Positions 19,975 to 30,002 of a DNA stretch of 64,000 nt are shown here, piece after piece. The translations under genes and the position numbers were made by a program. The stretch lies in assembly GCA_965217585.1 (NCBI GenBank), contig OZ244561.1, positions 32,001 to 96,000 of the forward strand, written 5' to 3'. The notes under the pieces were generated by a model. That model did no database searches and was not told the origin of the DNA. It saw only the letters and a program-made list of their open reading frames with translations. The stretch's first letter is position 1. The number at the start of each line of letters is the position of its first letter. The stretch is from Candidatus Latescibacterota bacterium. GTDB taxonomy: Bacteria; Latescibacterota; UBA2968; UBA8231.

Positions 19975-21993
19975 GCCTCTGCGATAATCAGCCAAGTTAT
20001 TAGCTCAAAATCAGCATTACTCGGTTTTGAGGATTTAGCCGGCAGTCTGAAGTCGCGCTGGCCGTGAATACTCAGTTGCCGTATTTGCGTGGCTCTGTCC
20101 GCCCCGCCGATGTGGTCAATCACGGTGTTCAACAGTTTGTCGTAACGGGCCATGTCCTGGCCGTTTTGGGTCTCGCTGTCAAACTGGTCGCATAGCCTTT
20201 TCAGCGGTTCGGTCTTACCGAGGGACGCCGATTCAAACAGCTCCAGCACCTGCCGGGCATTGGCACAACCGTAGCGGATATCGCCGTTGTCGCGGATATA
20301 TACCGCACAGTACGGATGAATCGGGCTGGCCCTTTTTTCTCTTTTGTCAGTACTGGCGTTGCGCTGGCGCAGGAAAAATATCACGCCCGGCTGTGCGGTG
20401 TCGCCTTTCCCGTCGGTTACTGCGTAGGCCCCATAGGGCATTGCTTCCAGTTCCGCCTTGTTTTCCTCCAAATACCGCAACAATTGGGTAAAAAAGTAAT
20501 CGAGCGTAAAGTCGCTCATAACGACGCCATCGGACAGCTCGTCCAAGTCCAGCACCTCTTCGCGCATTTTCTTTAGTTGCTCGTCGCGGAAGTTCAGCTC
20601 CATCTGGATCTGCTCAGGCGGGTCTTCATTCAACGGATCGTCGCCTCCGCTGGCCGTGGCGTCCGCCAAGGCCATGCGTGCTTGTACGCGGCTTTGCAGG
20701 CGCAGATATACCTCCATGTCCTTGGTGGGCCAATAGTTAATCATCCGCACCGACTGGTTGCGGCTGCCGATGCGGTCTATGCGCCCGAAGCGCTGGATAA
20801 TACGCACCGGATTCCAGTGGATGTCGTAGTTGAGCACGGTATCGCAATCTTGAAGATTCTGCCCCTCTGAGATGCAATCGGTAGCAATCAGCAGGTCGAT
20901 TTCGTTAGTGCTATTGGTTTGCCCGTGTGCTCTCGGCGCGAAGTTGGTCAGAATGGCGTTGAAGTTGTTGGCACCGGAAGTGGTGCGCGTTACATCCCCA
21001 GAGACCATTGCCATGTTCAACCCCAATTCGTTCGCCAAGTCAGCCAAGTTCTCGTACAGGTACTCCACGGTGTCTTTGAAGGTGGAGAACACCAGCAGCT
21101 TGCGGTTGATCTGGCCGTCCTTGTTGGTCGTCGGGTGTTGTGCTTTGTCTCGAATGTGCGCCTTGATCTCTCGCAGCTTACCGTCCCGCTCCGGCGTGAT
21201 AATACTGACCCGTTCATAGACTGCTTCCAAGGTCTTCTTATCCTTCAGCAAGTCCTTTTTCCAACGGGGCAAATCCAACTCGCGCAGATGGTAAGGGGTG
21301 CGTGCCCGATTGATCTGAAATTCCTCGTCGTCGTCATCGTCATCCGGGAGGATGTCCGCTCGCTCGTCCAACAGCAGGTTCTGCTCATAGCGGTCTATTT
21401 TTTCTAGTAGGTCTTTAATTTTGCCGATAGTGCGCCCGAGCGTTTCCGTCAGGGAATGGGCCGAACTTTCTAGGCGTTTCAGGAAGTTGACCCGTATCAT
21501 ACCGATGAGGAAATGCTCGCGGTCTGCCTGATTAAACCGTAGTTGCTTTTTTTCCTCCGCCAACCGTTTCTTGGCCTCAGCGCTAGTAACGTAGCTTGAT
21601 GGCCGGTAGATGGATAGGGCGAACCGCTCGATTTGCTCGGATAAACTTTTATATGAAAGTTCGTCCTCTAAATCTGTCAGCGGGTAGCGATTTTTCGGCT
21701 GGTGCCGCGTGGGGAATTGGCCGATTCTGTCCATCTCCTCGGCGTAGAACTGCTTGATCTGACGCCGCGAGCGAGCAATGGAAACGCCGCCCAGCAGCTT
21801 AAAAAAATCAGCGCCCAACGTCTCCAACAACTTTGACTTGTCTTTTTTGCCGCTCTTGTCGGCTTTGGTCTCCCATGCCTTAAACTCCTTTTGCGCCTGC
21901 CTCAGCAGAGCGCCGATATGGCCGATGCCCAGATTTTCCCGGAACACGTCCTCGCGCTTTTCGGTCATCAGGTAAATCTGATTGCGTAAGTCA

Positions 21994-23293
21994 CTTGAAT
22001 TCGACAGGTAGGTTGATATTTAGGCTCGAACAGGCATCGGAGTCTCCCTATTTTGGGATAGCTTGATTCACCGCCATGGATCATCTACCCCAGGGAAACT
22101 CCGATGCTGAACCTGACTCGCTTGCCTGTGAACCTTCGTTATTTTTTGCGTGGGACTCAACATTTTTTTCGTCATCGCCATCATCTGGTGTTCTGTTGGA
22201 GTATGACGCTGTTGTTAATCTATCAAGATAAAGCGACGCTGTGTGGTTTAGCCCGCTTGGGGCCTAACCATATAGCGGAATGGCACTTACGTCGCTTGCT
22301 GAGTGCGACCTACTGGAGTTGGCGGTTGCTGTTGGGGTACTTGGTTGATGCGGTGATCGCCGGGCTGCCACCGGCGGAAGACGGTCGGGTGTTGGTGATC
22401 GTCGACGGGACCTACAAAGCCAAGGTGGCCAAGAAACATCCGTTGGTGCGCAAAGCCCGCGCCGATGGCTATAGTCCCTTTCTGTGGGGGTTTGAAGTGA
22501 TCCTGGTCATGCTGCAGTGGGGCAATTATCGAATCCCTATCGATTTCGAGTTGGTTCGGCGTAAAGAAGACCCGGCCTATCAGAAGCCCAATGTGTTGTT
22601 TCGTCAGATGCTGACCGCCTTGGTACCACCGGCTTGGGCCCAGCAAGTGATCGTGGTCGCCGATGCCGGGTTTCCCGCTAAAGAAACGCTGCACTTGATC
22701 CAGCAACGAGGCTTCTTTTTCGTCATGAGTCTGCCCCGCACCTGGAAGTTTGAAGACGGCCATACGCTCAAAGATTGGGTCCATCATACGCGCCATACCT
22801 GTTATCGAAAAATCTGGTTTCGTCCGCACGGCTCCCGTCGGCGGGTCTATTGGGTCTACCGCGGTCGTAAACGCCTGCGACACATCGGAGATGTCACGTT
22901 GGTCTTGAGCAAGAAACGGCGCAACGATTCGCCGAAACAAACCAAAATCCTGGTGACCAATCTACCGGACGTGACCGCAGGCCAACTCGTCGTGTTGTAT
23001 ACCCGCCGCTGGCACGTGGAACTGCTCATCAAAGAATTGAAAGGGGCCACCGGATTAGGACAAGCCCAGGTGACCAAGCAGACCCAACGAGTCGAACGCT
23101 CCGTCGCGTTGTCCGTTATGGCCTACTTGGTTTTGATCCATTTTCGGCAGCGGGATATTCCCCACCAAGGACCGTGGAGTGCGTTTACCCTCAAGCGAAA
23201 TTTTGCTTGGGAGTGTGCGCGAAAACAGATTGAACATAACCAAAAACGAACCTACACAAAGGCCGCCTAAGACAACTACCTGTCGAATTCAAC
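21994..23293 (+). mobile_element. 1300-bp insertion sequence (IS4/IS701-like DDE) with 17-bp inverted repeats and 7-bp TSD
   Basis: TTGAATTCGACAGGTAG at 21995-22011 and its reverse complement at 23276-23292; TAAGTCA duplicated at 21987-21993 and 23294-23300. Confidence 0.93.
22104..23270 (+). CDS. DDE transposase
   Basis: VIVDGT, VADAGF, YTRRWHVELLIKELK (Y-R-E-K signature). Confidence 0.9.
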   Translation: MLNLTRLPVNLRYFLRGTQHFFRHRHHLVFCWSMTLLLIYQDKATLCGLARLGPNHIAEWHLRRLLSATYWSWRLLLGYLVDAVIAGLPPAEDGRVLVIVDGTYKAKVAKKHPLVRKARADGYSPFLWGFEVILVMLQWGNYRIPIDFELVRRKEDPAYQKPNVLFRQMLTALVPPAWAQQVIVVADAGFPAKETLHLIQQRGFFFVMSLPRTWKFEDGHTLKDWVHHTRHTCYRKIWFRPHGSRRRVYWVYRGRKRLRHIGDVTLVLSKKRRNDSPKQTKILVTNLPDVTAGQLVVLYTRRWHVELLIKELKGATGLGQAQVTKQTQRVERSVALSVMAYLVLIHFRQRDIPHQGPWSAFTLKRNFAWECARKQIEHNQKRTYTKAA

Positions 23294-24602
23294 TAAGTCA
23301 ATAAGCGAGGTGTTGACCGGCGTCGCCGAAAGCATCAGCACCTTGGTTTGGGTACCGGCTTTGATGACTTCTTCCAACAACCGCGAGTAGCGGCTGTGGC
23401 GAATCCTGCCGTCGTCGTCGGAGCGAGGCTTGGAGTCATTGCGGAAATTGTGCGATTCGTCGATGACCACCATGTCAAAATTGCGCCAGTTGAAGTTTGC
23501 CAGATCAATATCGCCGGCCCTGCCCGTGTCGCGGGACAAGTCAGTGTGCGATAGCAGCGCGTAGCCGAAGCGATCGTCTAAGAAGGGATTGCCAGTTTGG
23601 GCATTATCGGCTGGATACAGTGCCCAATTTTCGCGCAGCTTTTTGGGGCACAACACCAGCACCCGCTCGTTGCGCAATTCAAAGAACTTGATCACTGCCA
23701 ACGCTGTGTAGGTCTTTCCCAAGCCGACGCTGTCGGCCAAGATACAGCCGTTGTGCCCCAACAGGCGGGCGATCGCGCTTTTGGCACCGTCTTTTTGGAA
23801 GTCGTACAGCGCATTCCAGATTGCGGTATCGTATAGGTGCGTATCTTTTAGGTGGCTTTCGCCGGCTTTCCTCGCTTCGATGTCCTCCTGGAACAACTCG
23901 TAGAGCGTTTTATAATAGATCAACTCCGGCGCGTATTCTCTGCCTATCCGCGCCAGCGCGTCCAGCACGTCTTTTTTGACATCCTTGGTCAACGTCTTGT
24001 CCGCCCACAGATCGTCAAACCATTGTTGCAGTTCGGTACAAGTAGCTGCGTTTTGGGTTGCCAAGTTGATTTCCACGTTGGCACTCGTCCCGCTGCCTAA
24101 GCCGCCGCGAGTGAAGTTAGAGCTGCCGACCACCGCTGTGCCGCCATTGGCTGATTCGGTGAGATACATCTTGCCGTGCAGAAAGTTGGATTGGCCAATA
24201 GAGCGAATTTTGACGCCTTTGTCGTCTACCCATTCAGCGCATTGATTGGCGAGGTATTTCTGTCGCAAGGTGTATTGAGGAGATAGCCCGTCTTCGGTCA
24301 GGTTGAAGGCTTTTTGCGCTTTCTCGCCGGGGTCCAACTCGCCAACCGATGCCGGATCGCCAAAGAGGAAGCGCACGTCCTCAACGCCGCGCAATTCGCT
24401 TTGCAGGGCCTCGTACCCGTAAATAGTGAAATACGCCGAAACGAGGCGAAATACCTCGGCGGAGGACAGGTGCTGCCGCAGATAATCGACGACCTTGCGG
24501 GCGCGGTTGTCCAAAATGTGCTCATATTGGGTCACTTTTGATAGCTTCCGTTAAGGCGTTCATCATTAGTTGCCTATTCCCCCGTATCACCGTTCGGGCA
24601 GA

Positions 24603-25625
24603 TCACGGATCCCCGAGATTGATTCTCTGTATGATCTTCTTTGCCAAATCCCTAAAATCCCGGTGTGCGTCTTTTGCCGCGGCGGCATGGCTGCCAATGG
24701 CACCATCGGCCGTGGTGAGGTGGAAAATAGGCTTGCGTGCTTCCTGAGCCATCGGCACCAAGCTCCGGTAGTGCTTGACGGTGGCAAGGGCGTGTTCCTC
24801 ATCCTGTGTCGGTGTCTCGGGGTACGGTCCTTCGTTATCATCGCACAGGTTGCGGGCGTATTCTTCCGGCATTCTATTGACCCATTTGTCATACGCCCTG
24901 ACGGGGCGGTTCAGACGGACGCCGTGCTGTTGCACTACATAGCCGACGGGTTGCATGGCCCCATCCGGCAGTGGAAAGTCCGGTTGCGCCCAGTGGTCCC
25001 TTCGCCGCTGCCAGTCTTGTCGCCACCGATTCAGCGTCGGGCCGAGATTGCGCAGACCTTGGAGCGAAAACAAGTCGGCACCCAGCGGAACGACGATGTA
25101 ATCAGTGGCAATCAGCGCGGAGCGATTAATCGCACCAAGATTGGGGCCAACGTCGGCCAAGATGATTGAGGCGTCCATCTGTGCGGCCCCAGACTGCATG
25201 ACGGTCGAGAAGGCAGTTAAAATGCGGAAGGGGCGGTACAGCTCGCTAGAACCCAATGCGTTAGGCCATTCTGATGACAGAGTATCTTCAAATCCGGCCA
25301 GCGCCAAGTCTCCCGGAATCAGGCACAGTCTAGATATAAGCGTAGATGTGATTTCGACGAGCGTCGGGTCTTTGATATCGCCAACTTTCGTCAGAGGTCG
25401 GACGCATTGCAGTATGGTCTTAGCGGATGCCTCGTTGTCTTCATCCCACAGCATTTCCAACTGATCTTCATTTAGAAATGCAGCGGTGAGATTCGCCTGT
25501 GGATCGAGATCGCAGGCCAGCACTCGATAACCACTGTCGGACAGCATCCACGCCAGATGATAGACAAGCGAGGTCTTGCCAATCCCCCCCTTGTTGTTGA
25601 AGAAAGTCAAGACGGGAACGGTCAT
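24603..25625 (-). CDS. ParA/Soj-like ATPase (defence-island type)
   Basis: NNKGGIGKTS deviant Walker A, DLDPQANLT, DVGPNLG; no parB nearby. Confidence 0.85.
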   Translation of the reverse strand: MTVPVLTFFNNKGGIGKTSLVYHLAWMLSDSGYRVLACDLDPQANLTAAFLNEDQLEMLWDEDNEASAKTILQCVRPLTKVGDIKDPTLVEITSTLISRLCLIPGDLALAGFEDTLSSEWPNALGSSELYRPFRILTAFSTVMQSGAAQMDASIILADVGPNLGAINRSALIATDYIVVPLGADLFSLQGLRNLGPTLNRWRQDWQRRRDHWAQPDFPLPDGAMQPVGYVVQQHGVRLNRPVRAYDKWVNRMPEEYARNLCDDNEGPYPETPTQDEEHALATVKHYRSLVPMAQEARKPIFHLTTADGAIGSHAAAAKDAHRDFRDLAKKIIQRINLGDP

Positions 25626-25627
25626 CG

Positions 25628-26857
25628 TTATGCTCCCCTTGCCTTTACTGTTACCCGCGCAAAATTATTGGAAATATCAAATTCAGGTTCTGGATGTCCC
25701 GCCTCCGCCAACTGATTCTTGGCTATTGGTATTCCTACGCCAAAACGCTGAACAAATCCGAGAGTTCTCATCGCGTCCGCAAGATTTGGATTGCGATAAT
25801 CGACTAACCCCGGCTCTCCAAAGCTCTCGATTGTCACCGCCCCAAATGCGCCGCCGGGGCTCAAAACCTCAATGCGGTCATTGAACCAATAGACATGAAC
25901 GGGCGCATTGGTTGCCTCGTAAGTCCTGTGCATCACTGCGTTGTGGGTGATCTGGTGCAATGCTTCTAGGGGGTACAGCTCTGTTCGTTGTTCAATGTAG
26001 CTTGTTGTAATATCCACAGCGATGCGATTGTGGGCCGTCAGTTTTTCTTTGAGCTGGCGCAGGAGTTCCGGGATGGCACCGCGTATCTCTTGGGCATCGA
26101 TTATCTCATCAGCGTATCCATTGCCATCGATTCTGAGGAATTGCACATAAGCACCTGGCAGAAAATCCTGCGGGTTTTTGCCGATCGTGAGTATGCCCAG
26201 CACGGTCGCGGTGGGCTGGTCGGCGGCGACGATCATTTTTGTCGCTGCCAGTTGCTCATTCAGGCTGCGGTCGTTTGCTGCTAGTACCTCATCCGAAAAT
26301 GCTGCGGTTAAGTATTCGTTCTCAAACTGGGTCAGATTGAGGTCGGACAAGCCGGCGGTCGGGATCGGTTGAAGGTCAAAAGGGCGATTTCCGTATCGCC
26401 GCTTTTCGTTGAGAGTCCTTTCGTCCTGAGATGTAGCGATGCCACGGCGAGGGCCAATGCGGACATGGATAGCACCCTTGAAGCGAACCGGCGGCGAGTT
26501 GGAGGGTTGCACTGTGATCACTGCAACTTCCTTGCCTTGCAGCCTACGCTTCTCCACCGTCAGCGAGGGTGGAGGTACGATATTGCCGTCGGTTTTCATA
26601 TCGGCCAACTGCTGGAGCAACTGATCTGTAACCGCTAGAGTGCCTATCGTTCCATCGTCCTTTACACCAACGAAGATGAGGCCGGGTTTTTCGTGCTCGG
26701 CCAAATCATTGGCAAAAGCACAGATAGCTTCCCGGATTATAGTGGCGGCGACACCAGCCAAAGACTCCTTGAACTCGACGCGGTCAGCTTCGCCGCTTGC
26801 GATGATTTGCAGCAACTCTTGTTCTGTAAAATCTGGCATTGCGATTGCCCCGCTCAT
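25628..26857 (-). CDS. Schlafen/AlbA_2 domain fused to HATPase_c_4 (RecG-C-like) domain
   Basis: GEADRVEFKES, ICAFAN, G.IFVGVKDDG; NAVMHRTY, DRIEVLSPG, RNPNLA, FGVGI. Confidence 0.85.
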   Translation of the reverse strand: MSGAIAMPDFTEQELLQIIASGEADRVEFKESLAGVAATIIREAICAFANDLAEHEKPGLIFVGVKDDGTIGTLAVTDQLLQQLADMKTDGNIVPPPSLTVEKRRLQGKEVAVITVQPSNSPPVRFKGAIHVRIGPRRGIATSQDERTLNEKRRYGNRPFDLQPIPTAGLSDLNLTQFENEYLTAAFSDEVLAANDRSLNEQLAATKMIVAADQPTATVLGILTIGKNPQDFLPGAYVQFLRIDGNGYADEIIDAQEIRGAIPELLRQLKEKLTAHNRIAVDITTSYIEQRTELYPLEALHQITHNAVMHRTYEATNAPVHVYWFNDRIEVLSPGGAFGAVTIESFGEPGLVDYRNPNLADAMRTLGFVQRFGVGIPIAKNQLAEAGHPEPEFDISNNFARVTVKARGA

Positions 26858-26869
26858 GTTGACCTAGTA

Positions 26870-27060
26870 TCAGCCTGTGCGTTCAAGCACAACGGGCCAA
26901 GTTACCAACTCAAAATCGCCGTTGTTTGGGTTGGCGGATTGCACAGGCAGCCTGAAATCTCGCTGACCGTAAATGCTCAGTTGCTGGATCCGCGTGGCTC
27001 TGTCCGCCCCGCCGATGTGGGCCATGCCCGCATTCAACAGGATGTGTTCGTATTCTGCCC
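26870..27060 (-). pseudogene. Remnant of a second PLD-SNF2 helicase copy
   Basis: HIGGADRATRIQQLSIYGQRDFRLP..DFELVTW matches the C-terminus of 19971-21968; 29 bp identical at 20087-20115 and 26992-27020. Confidence 0.8.
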
Positions 27061-27144
27061 TGTTGGATAGGGAAAGAGGTGAGCAGACTTTCAATTACTT
27101 AGTGATTGTCTAGTTCCCATGCAACTCGCAGCCGGGATTCTTCG

Positions 27145-28050
27145 TCAAAAGCGCAGCAATTCCCCCTCGCCAAAGACGAGTAGATCGGCCAAGATCGCGG
27201 CAAAGTAGATCAGGCTGACCGTACTGTTGACCGTCATAAAGGCCGTGCTCAGGCGAGACAAGTCGTCGGCCCGCACCAGCCGGTGCTCGTACACCAACAA
27301 GCCAGCTACCACTACGACCCCCAACCAGTATAAAAGACTCAAGCCAGCCGCACGGCCCACGAGGATCAGTAGCACCACAAACAATAGGTGTAAGGCGCGG
27401 GCAATGTACAGGGCGCGGGCAATGCCAAAGCGGACCGGGATGGAATGGAGTCCGGCCCGGACGTCAAAGGCGTGGTCCTGGCAGGCGTAGATGATGTCAA
27501 AGCCGGCGACCCAAACCAGCACCCCCAAGCAGAGCGGCAGCGGGATGAGGTCAAAGCCGCCGGTGACCGCAATCCAAGCGCCCAGCGGCGCCCCGCCCAA
27601 ACTCAACCCTAGAACTAAGTGAGAGGCCCAAGTGAAGCGCTTGGTCAGCGAGTAGAACAAGAGCACGGCCAAAACCAGCGGCGACAGATAAAAGCACAAA
27701 GAATTGAGCTGATGTGCCGCCAAGACCAAAACCAAGGCCGACAAAACCACGAACAACCCCACGGCTTGAGGCGAGACCACACCTCGCGGTAGTTCGCGGT
27801 TTTGAGTGCGGGGATTGGTCGCGTCGAGATGGCGGTCAACGAGGCGATTGAAACCCATCGCCGCGCTGCGCGCCCCCACCATCGCCAGCGCGATCCAGCC
27901 GATCTGAGCCGGGGTGATGCCAGCGTGCATCGCGGCCAGCAAAGCACCGCTAAAGGCAAAAGGCAGGGCAAAGACGCTGTGGGAGAATTTGATCATGCGG
28001 CCGTACACCGCAATGGCCTGCAAGGGAGCCATCTCGACCTTCCTTGACAA
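27145..28050 (-). CDS. ubiA: UbiA-family prenyltransferase (MqnP-type)
   Basis: IKFSHSVFALPFA, NRLVDRHLDATNPRT..RELP, GFDIIYACQD; multiple TM segments. Confidence 0.88.
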   Translation of the reverse strand: MSRKVEMAPLQAIAVYGRMIKFSHSVFALPFAFSGALLAAMHAGITPAQIGWIALAMVGARSAAMGFNRLVDRHLDATNPRTQNRELPRGVVSPQAVGLFVVLSALVLVLAAHQLNSLCFYLSPLVLAVLLFYSLTKRFTWASHLVLGLSLGGAPLGAWIAVTGGFDLIPLPLCLGVLVWVAGFDIIYACQDHAFDVRAGLHSIPVRFGIARALYIARALHLLFVVLLILVGRAAGLSLLYWLGVVVVAGLLVYEHRLVRADDLSRLSTAFMTVNSTVSLIYFAAILADLLVFGEGELLRF

Positions 28051-28062
28051 GGGCGGCCTGGG

Positions 28063-28857
28063 TCAGGCCGCTGGATAAAAGCGCAGCGGAGGGACCGCGT
28101 CGATCAGGCCGTGGCGATGAGCCAGTTGGTAGAATAACTGCAAACCGGCCTGAGCGGCCTCGTCCAAATCAAAGCGGATGTGGTGGGTCAGGTAGCGCTC
28201 GTAGAACTCGGGCGAGCCACCGCATTCTCGGCTGTACGCTGCGGCTATGGACGGCACTTGGCACAACCCCTGATCTTTGGCCCACTGCAATTGTTGGACT
28301 TGGACGGGTGTGAGCGCCTGCTGGCGGCCGGCCCAAAAGGCAAAGACAAAAGGCAAATCGGTCATATCAGTCCATTCCCGACCCAAGTCCAAGCTCTCCA
28401 CGTCCCCGTCCAAATGCGGGAAGACCTGATCGCCGATGAGCAGGGCCGCGTCGGCGCACTCTAACATGGCCTCCAGATCGGGTGAAGCCTCTATCAATTG
28501 CGGATCGAGAGCGAATTTTTCGCGCAGGAGAATGGACAACAAAGCCACTGAAGTGCGGGAACTAGTATCCAAGGCTATGCGCTCGACCTGCGGCAACGGA
28601 CGGCGGCAAAAGAGGCGCACCGTCAGCACCGGTCCCTGCGAACCAATGGCTATATCGGGGACGATCCAGTAGGGGCGAGCGCTGCGGGCGTATTCGATCG
28701 CGGGAATGATCCCCACGTCGATGGTGCCATCTGCCAGCTCCCTCGCACAGCGCGAGGGTACCGAATAACTCAGTGCAAAAGGTGCGGGGTCGCGTTCAAG
28801 GGCAAAGACGAGGGGCCGCGTGTTGAGGTACGGGACCGCGCCCAAGCGCGGCTTCAT
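28063..28857 (-). CDS. mqnA: Chorismate dehydratase
   Basis: YLNTRPL, SSRTSV.L, LLIGD, DLG.EW...T.LPFVFA.W. Confidence 0.9.
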   Translation of the reverse strand: MKPRLGAVPYLNTRPLVFALERDPAPFALSYSVPSRCARELADGTIDVGIIPAIEYARSARPYWIVPDIAIGSQGPVLTVRLFCRRPLPQVERIALDTSSRTSVALLSILLREKFALDPQLIEASPDLEAMLECADAALLIGDQVFPHLDGDVESLDLGREWTDMTDLPFVFAFWAGRQQALTPVQVQQLQWAKDQGLCQVPSIAAAYSRECGGSPEFYERYLTHHIRFDLDEAAQAGLQLFYQLAHRHGLIDAVPPLRFYPAA

Positions 28858-30002
28858 GAATGGAGGGCCTCTTGCAAAGCGTCGATCCGACAGGGTGAAG
28901 CCACCAGCTCGTAGCGGGTGTTGCGCCGTTGGGGCGCAAAGCCGGCGTCGCGGATTAGCCGTTTCATGGCATCCAAGCTCATCTCGTTGGTGTGGCTGGT
29001 GCCGGCGGCGCTGACGACGTTTTCTTCGAGCATAGTGCTGCCGAAGTCGTTGACTCCGTAGCGCAAGCTAACTTGGGCGATTTTAGGCCCTTGGGTCACC
29101 CACGAGGCCTGCAGGCTGGGAATATTGTCGAGGAAGAGCCGCGCTACCGCCACCGTGCGCAGGTGGTCGTACCCGGTCGCTTTGGCACCATTCCAGCGAG
29201 TCGCGTCCGCGCCCAAGTCCGTGTGATCGGGCTGGAAGTTCCAAGTAATAAAGGCGGTGAAGCCACCGCGTTCGTCCTGGAGTTGCCGCAGACAGTCGAG
29301 GTGCTCTAGGCGATGTTCGACCGTCTCCACATGGCCGTACATCATCGTCGCGGTGGTCGGCATCCCCAGTTTGTGCGCCACGCGATGCACTTCCAGCCAC
29401 TCCTCGGTGCGGTCCTTGCGAAAGCCGATAATGTCGCGCACCTCGTCGTTGAGGATCTCAGCCCCGGCACCCGGTATCGAATCCAGCCCCGCGTCGCGCA
29501 GGCGGTGAATGGTCTCGTCCAGCGGCAGCCGCGACAGGTGCGCGATGTAGATGATTTCCGTGGCCGAAAGACAGTGTAGCTGCACCTGCGGATAGTGGTC
29601 CCTAATCGCCGAGAGCAACTGTTCGTAGTAATCGAGACGCAGTTTGGGATTGAGACCGCCCTGCATCAGGATTTCGCAGGATTTAGGCTCGTCGCCGCCA
29701 AAGGCTACCAACTCGTCGATTTTGGCAAATATCTGCTCGTCGGGCAGGACGTAGCCCTCGCTGGAACCCGGCGGCCGGTAGAAGGCACAAAAATCGCACT
29801 TGACCCAACAAACGTTGGTGTAGTTGATGTTGCGCCCGACGTTGTAGGTGACCACCTGCTCGGGGTGTTTCTGCAGGCGCACCCAATGCGCCAACATCCC
29901 CAGTTCGGCGAGGTTGTGGTGCGCGTACAGGCGGCGGGCATCATCGAGCGCGAGGCGCTCCCCGGCATAGACCTTGTCGGCAATATCGGTGATCACGGGC
30001 AC
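28854..30002 (-). CDS. mqnC: Cyclic dehypoxanthine futalosine synthase (radical SAM)
   Basis: RNINYTNVCWVKCDFCAFYR, MQGG, QASWVTQG, NDFGSTM.EENVV. Confidence 0.9.
   Translation of the reverse strand: MPVITDIADKVYAGERLALDDARRLYAHHNLAELGMLAHWVRLQKHPEQVVTYNVGRNINYTNVCWVKCDFCAFYRPPGSSEGYVLPDEQIFAKIDELVAFGGDEPKSCEILMQGGLNPKLRLDYYEQLLSAIRDHYPQVQLHCLSATEIIYIAHLSRLPLDETIHRLRDAGLDSIPGAGAEILNDEVRDIIGFRKDRTEEWLEVHRVAHKLGMPTTATMMYGHVETVEHRLEHLDCLRQLQDERGGFTAFITWNFQPDHTDLGADATRWNGAKATGYDHLRTVAVARLFLDNIPSLQASWVTQGPKIAQVSLRYGVNDFGSTMLEENVVSAAGTSHTNEMSLDAMKRLIRDAGFAPQRRNTRYELVASPCRIDALQEALHS

Larger units (their letters stand above)
19971..24535 (-). pseudogene. PLD-nuclease/SNF2-type helicase (1085 aa restored), interrupted by an IS
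   Basis: PLD-like LHGKMY..GSSNFT; ADSVGLGKT, DESHNFRN, SATP, SEGQNLQ, QRFGRIDR; removing the IS and one TSD gives in-frame NTSLIDLRNQIYLMTEK. Confidence 0.92.

Noticed and set aside
14666-24535. Calling the island DISARM or BREX
   Set aside because: No drmA/drmB (DUF1998), pglZ or brxC-like genes; only the helicase and methylase core is shared
24603-25625. ParA as a sign of an integrated plasmid or prophage
   Set aside because: No parB, rep, integrase, conjugation or phage structural genes nearby
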